Positions 1-9,790 of a stretch of 64,000 nt of DNA are shown here, one piece after another. This DNA comes from a bacterium (GTDB taxonomy: Bacteria > UBA10199 > 2-02-FULL-50-16 > JAJFLM01): the NCBI GenBank assembly GCA_965216315.1, contig CBDCFN010000016.1:928001-992000 (forward strand), written 5' to 3'. Each line of letters begins with the position of its first letter. Position 1 is the stretch's first letter. Under the pieces are notes generated by a model. The model worked only from the letters and a program-made list of their open reading frames with translations. It was not told where the DNA came from and ran no database searches. Both the position numbers and the translations under genes were made by a program.

Positions 1-2
1 CT

Positions 3-1451
3 CTATTCAATTTTACCTTTGGCAACGACGGGGCCCCTATCACGGGCGATGCCTACCGCGCCTTGCTGTTTACCTTGCCGGCTGTAGCCGGCTTAACCGG
101 CGCGACGTTGCGTATTCCCAACTCATTCATGATTGCGATCAGCGGTGGCCGTAACGTCAAGTTTATGACGACGATCTTGTTGATTATTCCCGCGGTTGCG
201 GCGGGCTTTGCTCTCCAGAATCCGAATACGCCGTTCTTTACGTTTATCCTGTTGGCGGCGCTCTCCGGCGTTGGGGGTGGGGCGTTTGCCTCCTCCATGT
301 CCAATATCTCTTTCTTCTTCCCGAAACGCATGCAAGGTCTTTCGTTAGGGTTGAATGCCGGGCTCGGGAATGCCGGGGTCAGTGTCATGCAGTTCCTGAT
401 TCCTTGGGCGATCACCTTCGGGATGTTCGGTGCGATTGGCGGTGAACCCTATGTCTTTGGGGCAAACAATACTCAGCTCTGGGTGCAGAATGCAGCGCTC
501 GTCTGGGTGCCTCCCATGAGCGTGCTGGCTATATTGGCTTTCCTTTTTATGAACAATCTCCCGCAGCATAAGTGCGGGTCGACACCTATTGCGATTGCGA
601 AATACTTATGGCTGACGATACTGGGCTTCGGTGGGGCTGCGATCGGTATCACCCTCTTGTTGATTGATTGGGGTGCCTTCCCGGTTCTCTTGAAAATCTT
701 CGTCGTGCTCGTCATTGCGGTTATTGCAACCTTGTTGTTCATGCGCAACTTGACGCCGAAGGAGACTAAGGAAAACCTGAAAGGGCAGTTCGCGATCTTC
801 CGCAACAAGCATAACTGGATCATGACCTGGCTCTATACAATGACTTTTGGTTCGTTCATTGGTTATGCGAACGCCTTTCCCAAGCTTATTGATGACGTCT
901 TTGGCGTGATTCGAGTGGATGCTTCAGGTAATCCCTTGGCGGAAGCCATAATGAACCCTAATGCGCCTATCTCGTCCAAGTACATTTGGATCGGCGCCGG
1001 TGTCGGTGCGCTGATTCGGCCGCTCGGTGGTTGGCTGTCGGATAAACTCGGCGGTGCGCGGGTGACCTTCTGGGATACCTGGATCATGATCGGTGCAACG
1101 ATTGGGGCAGGATACTTTGTTGCCTTAGCCAACCAATCGCCGACGCCGGAGCAGTTTTTTATTCCTTTTCTGCTATTGTTTATCCTCTTGTTTGCGACGA
1201 CGGGCGTCGGGAATGGATCTACTTTCCGCATGATCCCGATTATTTTCTCGAAAGAGCAGGCGGGGCCTGTCCTCGGATGGACTTCGGCCATTGCCGCCTA
1301 CGGGGCTTTTTTGATTCCGAAAATCTTTGGCACGCAAATCAAGGCGGGGACGCCTGAGTATGCGCTTTATGGATTTGCGGCCTACTATGCGACGTGCATC
1401 GTTGCGTGCTGGTATTGGTATAGCCGTAAGAATGCGGAAATTAAGTGCTAG
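3..1451 (+). CDS. narK: Nitrate/nitrite MFS transporter (NarK2-like), 5' end lies before the window
   Basis: Frame is open from position 3. Multi-TM MFS protein with nitrate-signature regions (TLRIP, GGGAFASSMSNISFFFPK, GLNAGLGNAG, LIRP, GVGNGSTF). Confidence 0.92.
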   Translation, partial: LFNFTFGNDGAPITGDAYRALLFTLPAVAGLTGATLRIPNSFMIAISGGRNVKFMTTILLIIPAVAAGFALQNPNTPFFTFILLAALSGVGGGAFASSMSNISFFFPKRMQGLSLGLNAGLGNAGVSVMQFLIPWAITFGMFGAIGGEPYVFGANNTQLWVQNAALVWVPPMSVLAILAFLFMNNLPQHKCGSTPIAIAKYLWLTILGFGGAAIGITLLLIDWGAFPVLLKIFVVLVIAVIATLLFMRNLTPKETKENLKGQFAIFRNKHNWIMTWLYTMTFGSFIGYANAFPKLIDDVFGVIRVDASGNPLAEAIMNPNAPISSKYIWIGAGVGALIRPLGGWLSDKLGGARVTFWDTWIMIGATIGAGYFVALANQSPTPEQFFIPFLLLFILLFATTGVGNGSTFRMIPIIFSKEQAGPVLGWTSAIAAYGAFLIPKIFGTQIKAGTPEYALYGFAAYYATCIVACWYWYSRKNAEIKC

Positions 1452-1469
1452 TTTGTTGGAGACTATGGG

Positions 1470-2060
1470 ATGGAGCGTTTACGGCCTAAATTCATTACAC
1501 TTGCAGTCATTGTCGCTGTAGTCGTGTTGCTGAGTGTCTTGATAAAAGAATGGTATCGGATCGGGATTAACCAAGGGTATGAGCCCGATCAGCCGATTGA
1601 CTATTCACATAAAATTCATGCGGGCGATCATAAAATAGCCTGTTTGTATTGTCACTTTGGCGCGGAAAAGAGCCGTCATGCCGGGATTCCTCCGACGCAG
1701 GTCTGCATGAATTGCCATAGTGTCATTAAGAAAGATTCGCCGGAGATCGCCAAGATAAAAAAAGCGCTCGCGGAAAAGAAGCCGATTGAGTGGGTGAAGG
1801 TCCACAATTTACCAGATTATGTTTACTTTAATCATAAGCAACATGTGAAGGGCGGTGTTTCCTGTCAAGACTGCCATGGCGCCGTGGAGACAATGTCGCG
1901 GGTCAGACAAGTCGAGCCTTTGACGATGGGCTGGTGCATTGAGTGTCATCGCGAAAAAGGTATTACGCCGCCAGAAGGACATTTTACGGAGATGAAGAAA
2001 GGGACAGTAGAGGCCGGTTTCCGCTTTGGTGGAATGGACTGTGCTAAATGTCATTATTAA
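1470..2060 (+). CDS. actA: Alternative complex III pentaheme cytochrome c subunit
   Basis: N-terminal TM helix, QGYEPDQPIDYSHKIHAG and five CxxCH motifs (CLYCH, CMNCH, CQDCH, CIECH, CAKCH); LPDYVYFNH motif. Confidence 0.92.
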   Translation: MERLRPKFITLAVIVAVVVLLSVLIKEWYRIGINQGYEPDQPIDYSHKIHAGDHKIACLYCHFGAEKSRHAGIPPTQVCMNCHSVIKKDSPEIAKIKKALAEKKPIEWVKVHNLPDYVYFNHKQHVKGGVSCQDCHGAVETMSRVRQVEPLTMGWCIECHREKGITPPEGHFTEMKKGTVEAGFRFGGMDCAKCHY

Positions 2061-2064
2061 GCCA

Positions 2065-5010
2065 ATGAAACGAGACGAAACAAAAAAAACCTATTGGAAG
2101 TCATTAGAGGAGCTGCATCAGGATCCGGAGTTTCTCGAACAATCAAAGGATGAGTTCCCTGAGTCTGCACCGAATCGCCGTGACTTTCTTAAGCTGATGG
2201 GCTTTAGCGTGACGGCGGCGTCTTTGGCCGCCTGTTCCCGGTCACCGGTGTATAAGGCGATCGCATATCTGGATAAGCCCGTCGATACAACGCCGGGCGT
2301 GGCGAATTACTATGCAACGACCTGCGCCGGCTGTGAAGCGGTCTGTGGCTTGTTGGCAAAAACGCGTGATGGTCGGCCTATTAAAATCGAAGGCAATCCC
2401 GAATCTCCGATAAATACAGGGAGTACCTGTGCGACCGGGCAGGCTTCGGTGCTGTCACTCTACGATGGTGCGCGCCTGCAAGGACCGCAGCTAGCTGCGG
2501 CAAAATCAAGTTGGAATTCGATTGATAAGTCGGTGCGCGAGGGTCTTCAAAGTGCTGTCGCGGCGGGAAAGAAAATAGCTTTGCTGACGGGCACGTTGAT
2601 GAGCCCGACGACACGCCAGCTGATAAGTGAGTTTACTGCGCATTATACGAATGCGGAACATATTACTTATGATCCCGTCTCTGTTGATGCGATTTATGCG
2701 GCCAATCAGGAGAATTTTGGTAAGGCCGTTATTCCCAGTTACCTCTTCGATAAGGCCAATGTCATCGTGGGTGTTAACGCTGACTTTCTGAATACTTGGA
2801 TATCACCGGTCGAGTTTACGCAACGATACAGCAAGGGCCGCAAGCTTGGGGATAAGTCAGAGATGTCGCGGCACGTTCAGTTTGAGTCCTATGTTTCGTT
2901 GACGGGGAGTAATGCCGACCAAAGGGTTGGTATCCAGCCATCGCAACAGGGTTTGGTGCTCTGGGGGTTGCTTGCCGAGATAGCCCGCCTTGCCGGTGGT
3001 GCCTCCGTTCCAACTCCGGATCTGAGTGGTTTGGATGCAGCATTTATTAAGAAAACCGCCCATGAATTGTGGAAGAGTCGCGGCGAGTCTTTAGTGGTGT
3101 CCGGGAGTAATGACGTGGCTCATCAACGTCTTTGCAACGCTATCAATGCGCAATTAGGCAATGTTGGCAGGACGATTGACTTAGATAATCCAATTCGTCG
3201 CAATTCGGGGACTTCTAGGTCGATTCAAGAGCTGGTTGCCGATATGCAGAAAGGGGAGGTTGGCGCGCTTATTATTTATGGTGTCAATCCCGCCTATGAC
3301 TACGCGGAGGCTGAGAAGTTTAAGGAAGGCCTTAAAAAGGTCAAATTATCCGTCTCATTGGATCCTTATCGCACCGAAACGGCGGCGTTAAGTAAGGTGT
3401 TGGCGCCTGATCTTCATTATCTGGAGGCCTGGAATGATGCCGAGGCGAAGGCCAACCTCTTTCACTTAACGCAGCCGACAATAGCGCCGCTCTATAATAC
3501 GCGTGCGGCTCAAGACAGTCTCTTGAAGTGGATGGGAAAGAATACGGATTATTATCATTATCTTAAGGACGCTTGGAAAAGTAAGATTTTTTCGCAGCAA
3601 TCGCGTTTTGCTAGCTTTAAGTCTTTTTGGGATCGCGCCCTGCATGATGGCGGAGTGGCCTTTCCTGCACAGACCCCGAGGCACCATGCCTTTTCGGGCA
3701 ATGTCAGTTCATCCATAGCGCAGGTGAAAGGGCAGCAGGGCAAGGGAGGTTATGAGCTTTATCTTTATGAAAAGGTGGGCGTACGAGATGGCCGCCACGC
3801 AAATAATCCCTGGCTTCAAGAGCTGCCGGATCCCGTTAGCAAAGTGACCTGGGATAATTATGCAAACATGGCGCCTGAGGAAGCGAGCCGTCTGGGTCTG
3901 AAACAGGGAGATATGATTCGACTCAGTGTGGGCAATCGCAAAATCAAATTGCCGGTCTATCTGCAGCCCGGACATCCGGTCAAAACAATTTCTGCGGCCC
4001 TTGGTTACGGGCGCAAGCAGGCGGGGAAGGTTGGGAATAATGTCGGTGGCAACCTCTATCCTTTTGTGACACTAACGAAAGAGTCTTTTATTTATCATTC
4101 AGGCGGGTTGGATGTCAGTAAGTCCACTGGACGGCACAAATTAGCTGTCACGCAAACACACAATTCGATGGAAGGTCGGCCGATTATCAAGGAAACGACA
4201 CTTCCGGCCTATCAGGCGAATCCAAAGTCCGGTAACGAAGACAAAGTTCATTTAGTATCGTTGTGGCCTGAGCATAAATACACTGGGCAGCGCTGGGGGA
4301 TGGCGATCGATTTGAATGCCTGTACGGGGTGTTCGAGTTGTGTGGTTAGCTGTCAGGCGGAGAATAATGTTCCGGTCGTTGGGCAAGACGAAGTCTACCG
4401 GCGTCGCGAGATGCATTGGATAAGGATTGATAGGTACTATAGTGGCACTGAAGAGAATCCCGATGTCGCCCATCAGCCAATGATGTGCCAGCATTGTGCG
4501 AATGCTCCTTGCGAAACGGTCTGTCCGGTGCTTGCCACCGTTCACAGCTCGGATGGGCTGAATCAGCAGGTTTATAATCGCTGTGTGGGGACCCGCTATT
4601 GCGCCAATAACTGTCCGTACAAAGTTAGACGCTTCAATTGGTTTAACTATGCGGACAACGACAAGTTTGATTACAACATGAATAGTGAGATCGGTAAGAT
4701 GGTTCTCAATCCCGATATTGTCGTTCGGTCACGCGGCGTGATGGAGAAATGCTCCATGTGTATCCAACGTATCCAGGAAGGGAAGTTGAAGGCACGGGAT
4801 GAGGGTAGGAAGGTGAAAGACGGGGATATCCAGATGGCATGCCAGCAGTCCTGTCCGTCAGATGCTATTGTATTTGGCGACTTGAGCGATCCTAAAAGTC
4901 GCATTTCGAAGCTTGTTAAAAATGATCGTTATTATCGCGTCTTAGAAGAGCTGAATGTACAACCCGTTGTGGGTTATCTGACGAAAGTTAGGAATATTGA
5001 GAAGGGTTAA
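2065..5010 (+). CDS. actB: Alternative complex III subunit B (molybdopterin-oxidoreductase-like domain fused to a 4Fe-4S ferredoxin domain)
   Basis: YWKSLEEL N-terminus, Tat motif RRDFLK, lipobox LAAC, NNPWLQELPDP, and C-terminal Cys clusters (CTGCSSC, CQHC..PCE.VCP, CVGTRYC..NCPY, EKCSMC). ATG 2065 chosen after the actA stop. Confidence 0.93.
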   Translation: MKRDETKKTYWKSLEELHQDPEFLEQSKDEFPESAPNRRDFLKLMGFSVTAASLAACSRSPVYKAIAYLDKPVDTTPGVANYYATTCAGCEAVCGLLAKTRDGRPIKIEGNPESPINTGSTCATGQASVLSLYDGARLQGPQLAAAKSSWNSIDKSVREGLQSAVAAGKKIALLTGTLMSPTTRQLISEFTAHYTNAEHITYDPVSVDAIYAANQENFGKAVIPSYLFDKANVIVGVNADFLNTWISPVEFTQRYSKGRKLGDKSEMSRHVQFESYVSLTGSNADQRVGIQPSQQGLVLWGLLAEIARLAGGASVPTPDLSGLDAAFIKKTAHELWKSRGESLVVSGSNDVAHQRLCNAINAQLGNVGRTIDLDNPIRRNSGTSRSIQELVADMQKGEVGALIIYGVNPAYDYAEAEKFKEGLKKVKLSVSLDPYRTETAALSKVLAPDLHYLEAWNDAEAKANLFHLTQPTIAPLYNTRAAQDSLLKWMGKNTDYYHYLKDAWKSKIFSQQSRFASFKSFWDRALHDGGVAFPAQTPRHHAFSGNVSSSIAQVKGQQGKGGYELYLYEKVGVRDGRHANNPWLQELPDPVSKVTWDNYANMAPEEASRLGLKQGDMIRLSVGNRKIKLPVYLQPGHPVKTISAALGYGRKQAGKVGNNVGGNLYPFVTLTKESFIYHSGGLDVSKSTGRHKLAVTQTHNSMEGRPIIKETTLPAYQANPKSGNEDKVHLVSLWPEHKYTGQRWGMAIDLNACTGCSSCVVSCQAENNVPVVGQDEVYRRREMHWIRIDRYYSGTEENPDVAHQPMMCQHCANAPCETVCPVLATVHSSDGLNQQVYNRCVGTRYCANNCPYKVRRFNWFNYADNDKFDYNMNSEIGKMVLNPDIVVRSRGVMEKCSMCIQRIQEGKLKARDEGRKVKDGDIQMACQQSCPSDAIVFGDLSDPKSRISKLVKNDRYYRVLEELNVQPVVGYLTKVRNIEKG

Positions 5011-6408
5011 GTGATGATATCAGCCGCTGAAAATGAGAGGCCATCAGCTAACGTTGTGCGCGGAGTCAGCAAACTCCGCCAGATTACCGCGGAAGTCTTA
5101 CGTCCATTGGAGACGCGCCCGGGAGCGGCTTGGTGGCTGACCTTTGCGGTCGCGTGCTCGGCCTTAGGAGTGGGGGCCGTAATGATCGCCTATCAGATTG
5201 CCGTTGGTATCGGCGTTTGGGGGCTCAATAAAACGATTGGCTGGGCCTTTGACATCACTAACTTCGTGTTCTGGATTGGTATTGGTCATGCCGGAACCCT
5301 GATTTCGGCTATTCTACTATTATTTAGACAGCGTTGGCGTAATTCGATTAATAGAGCTGCCGAGGCCATGACGATTTTTGCCGTGATGTGCGCCGGTATC
5401 TTTCCCGTCATTCATATGGGACGTCCATGGCTCGCCTATTGGGTCTTTCCCTATCCAAACACGCGTGGTTCGCTGTGGGTCAATTTTCGCTCACCGCTGT
5501 TATGGGATGTCGTCGCGATTAGCACCTATTTCACGATCTCTTTTGTTTTCTGGTATATCGGAATGATCCCCGACCTAGCCTTGATGCGTGATCGGGCTAA
5601 AGCCGGGATCAAGAAGAAGCTCTGCGCCCTATTTAGCATGGGTTGGAATGGTTCACAACGTACCTGGGCACGTTATGAGATGCTCTGTTTGATCTTGGCC
5701 GGTTTGGCCGCGCCGCTTGTAGTCTCGGTTCATACCATTGTGAGTATGGACTTTGCCACGTCCGTTATTCCTGGGTGGCACACGACTATTTTTCCGCCAT
5801 ATTTCGTCGTTGGGGCGGTTTTCTCCGGCTTCGGGATGGTCATGACGCTGATGATCATCACCAGAAAGGTGATGAACTGGGAAAAATACATTACTTTGCA
5901 ACATCTCCAGGCGATGGCCAAGGTTCTGCTTGTAACGGGTTCGATAGTCGGATTTGCGTACTTAACCGAGTTTTTTATGGCTTGGTATAGTGGTAACCAA
6001 TTTGAGCTATTTACCTTTGTTAATCGCGCAACCGGGCCTTATTGGTGGGCCTACTGGATCATGATGAGCTCAAACTTGATTGCGCCCCAGCTTTTTTGGT
6101 TTAGGAAGGTTCGCAACAGCGTTCCGATGATGTTCTTCCTCTCTATCATCGTTAATATCGGGATGTGGTTTGAGCGTTTCGTAATCATCGTAACCTCGCT
6201 TCATCGAGATTACCTGCCGTCGAGTTGGGCGATGTATACGCCGACTGTGATTGAGGTTGGCACGTTGATCGGGAGCTTCGGACTCTTCTTTACCGCGTAT
6301 CTACTTTTTATTCGCGTGCTGCCGGCGATTGCAATCAATGAGGTGAAAGCGATTACCAAGCTGGACACTGATTCGAGTGATTCGGAGGAGGCTGTGTCTC
6401 ATGGTTAA
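5011..6408 (+). CDS. actC: Alternative complex III subunit C (NrfD/PsrC-family quinol-binding membrane protein)
   Basis: [62 protein letters not shown] motifs. Confidence 0.95.
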   Translation: MMISAAENERPSANVVRGVSKLRQITAEVLRPLETRPGAAWWLTFAVACSALGVGAVMIAYQIAVGIGVWGLNKTIGWAFDITNFVFWIGIGHAGTLISAILLLFRQRWRNSINRAAEAMTIFAVMCAGIFPVIHMGRPWLAYWVFPYPNTRGSLWVNFRSPLLWDVVAISTYFTISFVFWYIGMIPDLALMRDRAKAGIKKKLCALFSMGWNGSQRTWARYEMLCLILAGLAAPLVVSVHTIVSMDFATSVIPGWHTTIFPPYFVVGAVFSGFGMVMTLMIITRKVMNWEKYITLQHLQAMAKVLLVTGSIVGFAYLTEFFMAWYSGNQFELFTFVNRATGPYWWAYWIMMSSNLIAPQLFWFRKVRNSVPMMFFLSIIVNIGMWFERFVIIVTSLHRDYLPSSWAMYTPTVIEVGTLIGSFGLFFTAYLLFIRVLPAIAINEVKAITKLDTDSSDSEEAVSHG

Positions 6409-6922
6409 ACGCTATGTCATAGGGTTCTTTGAATCGGACAAGACCATACTTAAGGCTGTTCGGATGCTGAAAAAAGAGGGCGTGAAGATTTATGATGCCT
6501 ATACGCCTTATGCGGTCCATGGACTGGATGAAGCCATGGGGTTGAGACGATCACGCTTAGGAATTGTGACATTTTTTGCCGGGGCGATCGGTTGTGCAAT
6601 TGCGCTTCTATTTCAGGTCTGGACCTCTGCCTTTGACTGGCCGGTGAATGTTGGAGGGAAGCCGGGTAACTCGTGGCCCGCATTTATACCGGTGACATTT
6701 GAATTAACCGTGTTGATAGGGGGCTTGGTGACCGTTGCGGCGTTCTTTATGCGGTCAAAGTTATTGTGGGGGAATAAAATTCATCTTCCGATTGAAGGGG
6801 TGACTGATGATGCCTTTGCTTTAATTCTCGATAATACGGATGGGGGCATTGATATAAGTGCTGCGGAGAGACGCATGCAAGAGCTTGGTGCGACGAAAGT
6901 GATGGAACAGGTGTTGATGTGA
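6401..6922 (+). CDS. actD: Alternative complex III subunit D (DUF3341)
   Basis: [40 protein letters not shown] 6401 follows GGAGGAG and overlaps the actC end. Confidence 0.93.
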   Translation: MVKRYVIGFFESDKTILKAVRMLKKEGVKIYDAYTPYAVHGLDEAMGLRRSRLGIVTFFAGAIGCAIALLFQVWTSAFDWPVNVGGKPGNSWPAFIPVTFELTVLIGGLVTVAAFFMRSKLLWGNKIHLPIEGVTDDAFALILDNTDGGIDISAAERRMQELGATKVMEQVLM

Positions 6923-7536
6923 AGCGTTATACCTTAAAAATCTGTGTTGTGAGCCTGTTAGGTCTGACCCTGTTGGCGTGTGAGCGAGACCATCGTAAGC
7001 CTGCTTTTATGTTTTTCCCGGAAATGGTGGAATCGGTTCCCTATGATAGTTTCGCCCCGAATGCCAACCATAAGGACGGTAAGACGTTGCAGCGTCCTGT
7101 TAAGGGGACAGTCCCTCGAGGATTTCTGCCTTATCCTTTTCCGGAGGACCGAGAGCGGGCTGCCAAAGAGCTCAAGAACATCCTGCCGAATACCAAGGCT
7201 GTTGTGGCGCGTGGCCAGCATTACTATGAGGCCTTTTGTCTTCCGTGTCACGGAGTGATGGGTAAAGGGGATGGGCCGCTGATTCCTAAGTATCCGAATC
7301 CGCCTTCATTTACGGCCAAGAGTATGCGTCATATGCCGGAGGGAGAGATCTATCACGTCATTACAATGGGATCCGGGCAGATGGCGCCCTATGCTACTCA
7401 AATTGACCCCGAGGATCGCTGGGCAATTGTTCGTTATGTACAAGTATTGCAGAAAGCAGGGAGGCCGACCGGACAGCCTGAGGCGCAAGAAGAAGTGAAG
7501 GCTTCTCCTCAAGAAGTCATTGAAGGAGGATTATAA
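6919..7536 (+). CDS. actE: Alternative complex III subunit E (monoheme cytochrome c lipoprotein)
   Basis: Lipobox LLAC, PVKGTVPRG, one CLPCH, distal Met in GQMAPY, DRWAIV. Confidence 0.92.
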   Translation: MKRYTLKICVVSLLGLTLLACERDHRKPAFMFFPEMVESVPYDSFAPNANHKDGKTLQRPVKGTVPRGFLPYPFPEDRERAAKELKNILPNTKAVVARGQHYYEAFCLPCHGVMGKGDGPLIPKYPNPPSFTAKSMRHMPEGEIYHVITMGSGQMAPYATQIDPEDRWAIVRYVQVLQKAGRPTGQPEAQEEVKASPQEVIEGGL

Positions 7537-7540
7537 GACG

Positions 7541-8710
7541 ATGAAACCTATTCCGGCATTTAAAATGAAGCCCCGTTACAATTATATCGCTGGGGCGCTG
7601 ATGGCCTTGGGTCTCATCACCATCGCGGTGGCTTTTTATGTCGATCCTGTTCGCGCATGGGCTAACTTGCTGATTGATAATTTTCTTTTCATGTCATTGG
7701 GTCTCGCCGGAGTGTTGATTATCGCACTTGTGAATGTTGCCAAGGGGAGATGGGCAGGTGTGCTTAAAAGGGTTCCGGAAGCCATGATGTCTTGTTTGCC
7801 TTATGCCTTTATTTTGATGCTACCATTAGGATTGGGCCTGCATTCTATTTATCACTGGACTCATGCGGATGTTGTGGCCAATGACACGCTTCTGCAGCAC
7901 AAGGCACCGTATCTGAATGCAACATTCTTCATGATTCGTATGGTCATTTTCTTTGCTATTTGGATTTTTTTCGCAAAGTTCATGCGAAAGCATTCATTGC
8001 GCCAAGACAATGATGCAGACATGGTTCATTATAAAAGGAGTTATAAGGGGTCCGCTGCCTTCATAGTGGTGTTTGCGGTGACATTTTCTTTTGCCAGTTA
8101 TGATTGGCTCATGTCCGTAGAGCCACATTGGTTTAGTACGATATTTTCGCTTTATACTTTTAGCAGTCTCTTTTTACATGGAATTGCCGCGTTGACGTTG
8201 ATTGTAACGTTGCTCTATGAGCGCAATTATTTAGTCGGTTACGTCAATGAAAACCATCTCCATGACTTAGGTAAGTTGCTTTTCGCTTTCAGTACTTTTT
8301 GGGCTTACATCTGGATTTCACAGTACCTGCTGATTTGGTATTCGAATATTCCCGAGGAGACGACTTATTTTGTGCTTCGTAAGGATGAGGATTGGAACTG
8401 GCTCTTCTGGCTTAACCTCGGGATTAATTGGGTGGTGCCTTTCCTTGTATTGATGCCACGTGCGGCCAAAAGAAACGCTGCCTTGCTGAAACGCGTATCC
8501 ATTACCTTGCTTATCGGCTACTGGCTTGATCTTTTCTTGCGAGTGGCTCCCAACGTGCTTTTGGAAAGGAAAATCGGACTGATTGAGATTTTCATGGCGT
8601 TGGGGTTTGTGGGGCTCTTTTTCTGGGTGACAGGGCGTGCCCTGGGCAAGGCGCCATTAATCGCTCGCAATGATCCTTATTTACAAGAGAGCTTAAATCT
8701 GCATCAATAG
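7541..8710 (+). CDS. actF: Alternative complex III subunit F
   Basis: Polytopic membrane protein with DWLMSVEPHWFSTIF, HLHDLGKLLFAF, QYLLIWYSNIPEET. Confidence 0.93.
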   Translation: MKPIPAFKMKPRYNYIAGALMALGLITIAVAFYVDPVRAWANLLIDNFLFMSLGLAGVLIIALVNVAKGRWAGVLKRVPEAMMSCLPYAFILMLPLGLGLHSIYHWTHADVVANDTLLQHKAPYLNATFFMIRMVIFFAIWIFFAKFMRKHSLRQDNDADMVHYKRSYKGSAAFIVVFAVTFSFASYDWLMSVEPHWFSTIFSLYTFSSLFLHGIAALTLIVTLLYERNYLVGYVNENHLHDLGKLLFAFSTFWAYIWISQYLLIWYSNIPEETTYFVLRKDEDWNWLFWLNLGINWVVPFLVLMPRAAKRNAALLKRVSITLLIGYWLDLFLRVAPNVLLERKIGLIEIFMALGFVGLFFWVTGRALGKAPLIARNDPYLQESLNLHQ

Positions 8711-8717
8711 GGCCATT

Positions 8718-9371
8718 ATGAAAGATGACCCGATCAAGCGCTTTGTTGAACATGATTTGCCCGTGGCTGGCATGCCGCTCTCTCCGATGGAACCACCTGA
8801 GGCCACCGCACCTCCGTCGATTGAAGCCGTTGAATATGCCGACCTAAAAGGGCCGCTCAAGCAGTTATGGGATGAGCATGAAGACTACCTTAAAGTATTG
8901 GCGGTTTTAGATAATGCACTCATAGCCCTGCGAGAAAATAGTTGGCTGATGACGCCGGAGATTTCGACCGGCATTAAACATTTCTTTCAGTATGTCGATG
9001 AAAGGGCGAGTTCTCATAATAATAAGGAAGAGCGGGCTCTTTTTCCCGTGCTACGTGAAAAGTTGATTGAAGCAGGAGAATGCAGTCCGGGAGAAGATAA
9101 GACGACACCCGTTGATGTCATGGAAGAGGAGCATGATAAAGTAGGTCAGTCGGCTGCAATCATGTTTACGCTTCTTGGGCTTGCGCCTCGCGTCGAGGAT
9201 GAGAAAATTAGGAATATGCTATTTGATCACGCTTGCAACTTGGGACAGGAAATCGTTGAGACGATGAAGCTGCATATCTTTCGCGAAAATAATATAATTT
9301 TCCCATTGGCGCAAAAACTTATTGCGGATGAAGATTGGGACAGTATTCACAAGAAAATGAAGCGGTATTAA
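8718..9371 (+). CDS. Hemerythrin (HHE) domain protein
   Basis: Repeated EH ... HxxxEE..LFP and EH ... HxxxEN..IFP patterns; starts 7 nt after actF. Confidence 0.85.
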   Translation: MKDDPIKRFVEHDLPVAGMPLSPMEPPEATAPPSIEAVEYADLKGPLKQLWDEHEDYLKVLAVLDNALIALRENSWLMTPEISTGIKHFFQYVDERASSHNNKEERALFPVLREKLIEAGECSPGEDKTTPVDVMEEEHDKVGQSAAIMFTLLGLAPRVEDEKIRNMLFDHACNLGQEIVETMKLHIFRENNIIFPLAQKLIADEDWDSIHKKMKRY

Positions 9372-9718
9372 TTTGAACGATCTGACGAAGGTTGGTGAGC
9401 GGCATCTTTGATAGCAGCCTTAGGAATGAAAGTAATCTTACAGTCGGTCGCTGCGGAGCAGGTGCAGCAGAACGGTGTTCCATCTAATATGTGATCGACG
9501 CCAACGAGCTGGCCATCGGAGATGCTGAAAACTTTTTCCTCACTGCATTTGCAGTCACTGCTAGAAAAATCAATCGTACCACTGTGGATGACATAGGCCC
9601 CGTACGGCTGGTGCTCTTCATAAAAGAGCACTTGTCCCGCCTTGTAATGGACAAGTTTGCCATGATCGATCAGTTTTTCTATTTGGGAGGTGACTGCCGT
9701 CAACTCATCATTGGTCAT
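9368..9718 (-). CDS. Stand-alone cyclic-nucleotide-binding (Crp-type sensory) domain protein, Cys-rich
   Basis: YKAGQVLFYEE..YVIHSG beta-barrel signature; no HTH; six Cys. Confidence 0.75.
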   Translation of the reverse strand: MTNDELTAVTSQIEKLIDHGKLVHYKAGQVLFYEEHQPYGAYVIHSGTIDFSSSDCKCSEEKVFSISDGQLVGVDHILDGTPFCCTCSAATDCKITFIPKAAIKDAAHQPSSDRSN

Positions 9719-9775
9719 TAAAGCTAAGTTAATTAATCACTTAGCTATTGAAAATGACCAACAACAGTTGCCTGC

Positions 9776-9789
9776 ATGATTTTCATCAT
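9776..9789. promoter_or_regulatory. FNR-like box ATGAT-TTTC-ATCAT
   Basis: Palindrome one mismatch per half from TTGAT-N4-ATCAA, located between the Crp/Fnr gene and the cNMP-domain gene. Confidence 0.5.
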
Positions 9790-9790
9790 G

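Noticed and set aside
2065..5010. ActB as the catalytic nitrate reductase (NarG/NapA)
   Set aside because: The fused ferredoxin domain, ActB-specific motifs and actA/C/D/E/F context identify ACIII; I saw no NarG or NapA active-site signature.
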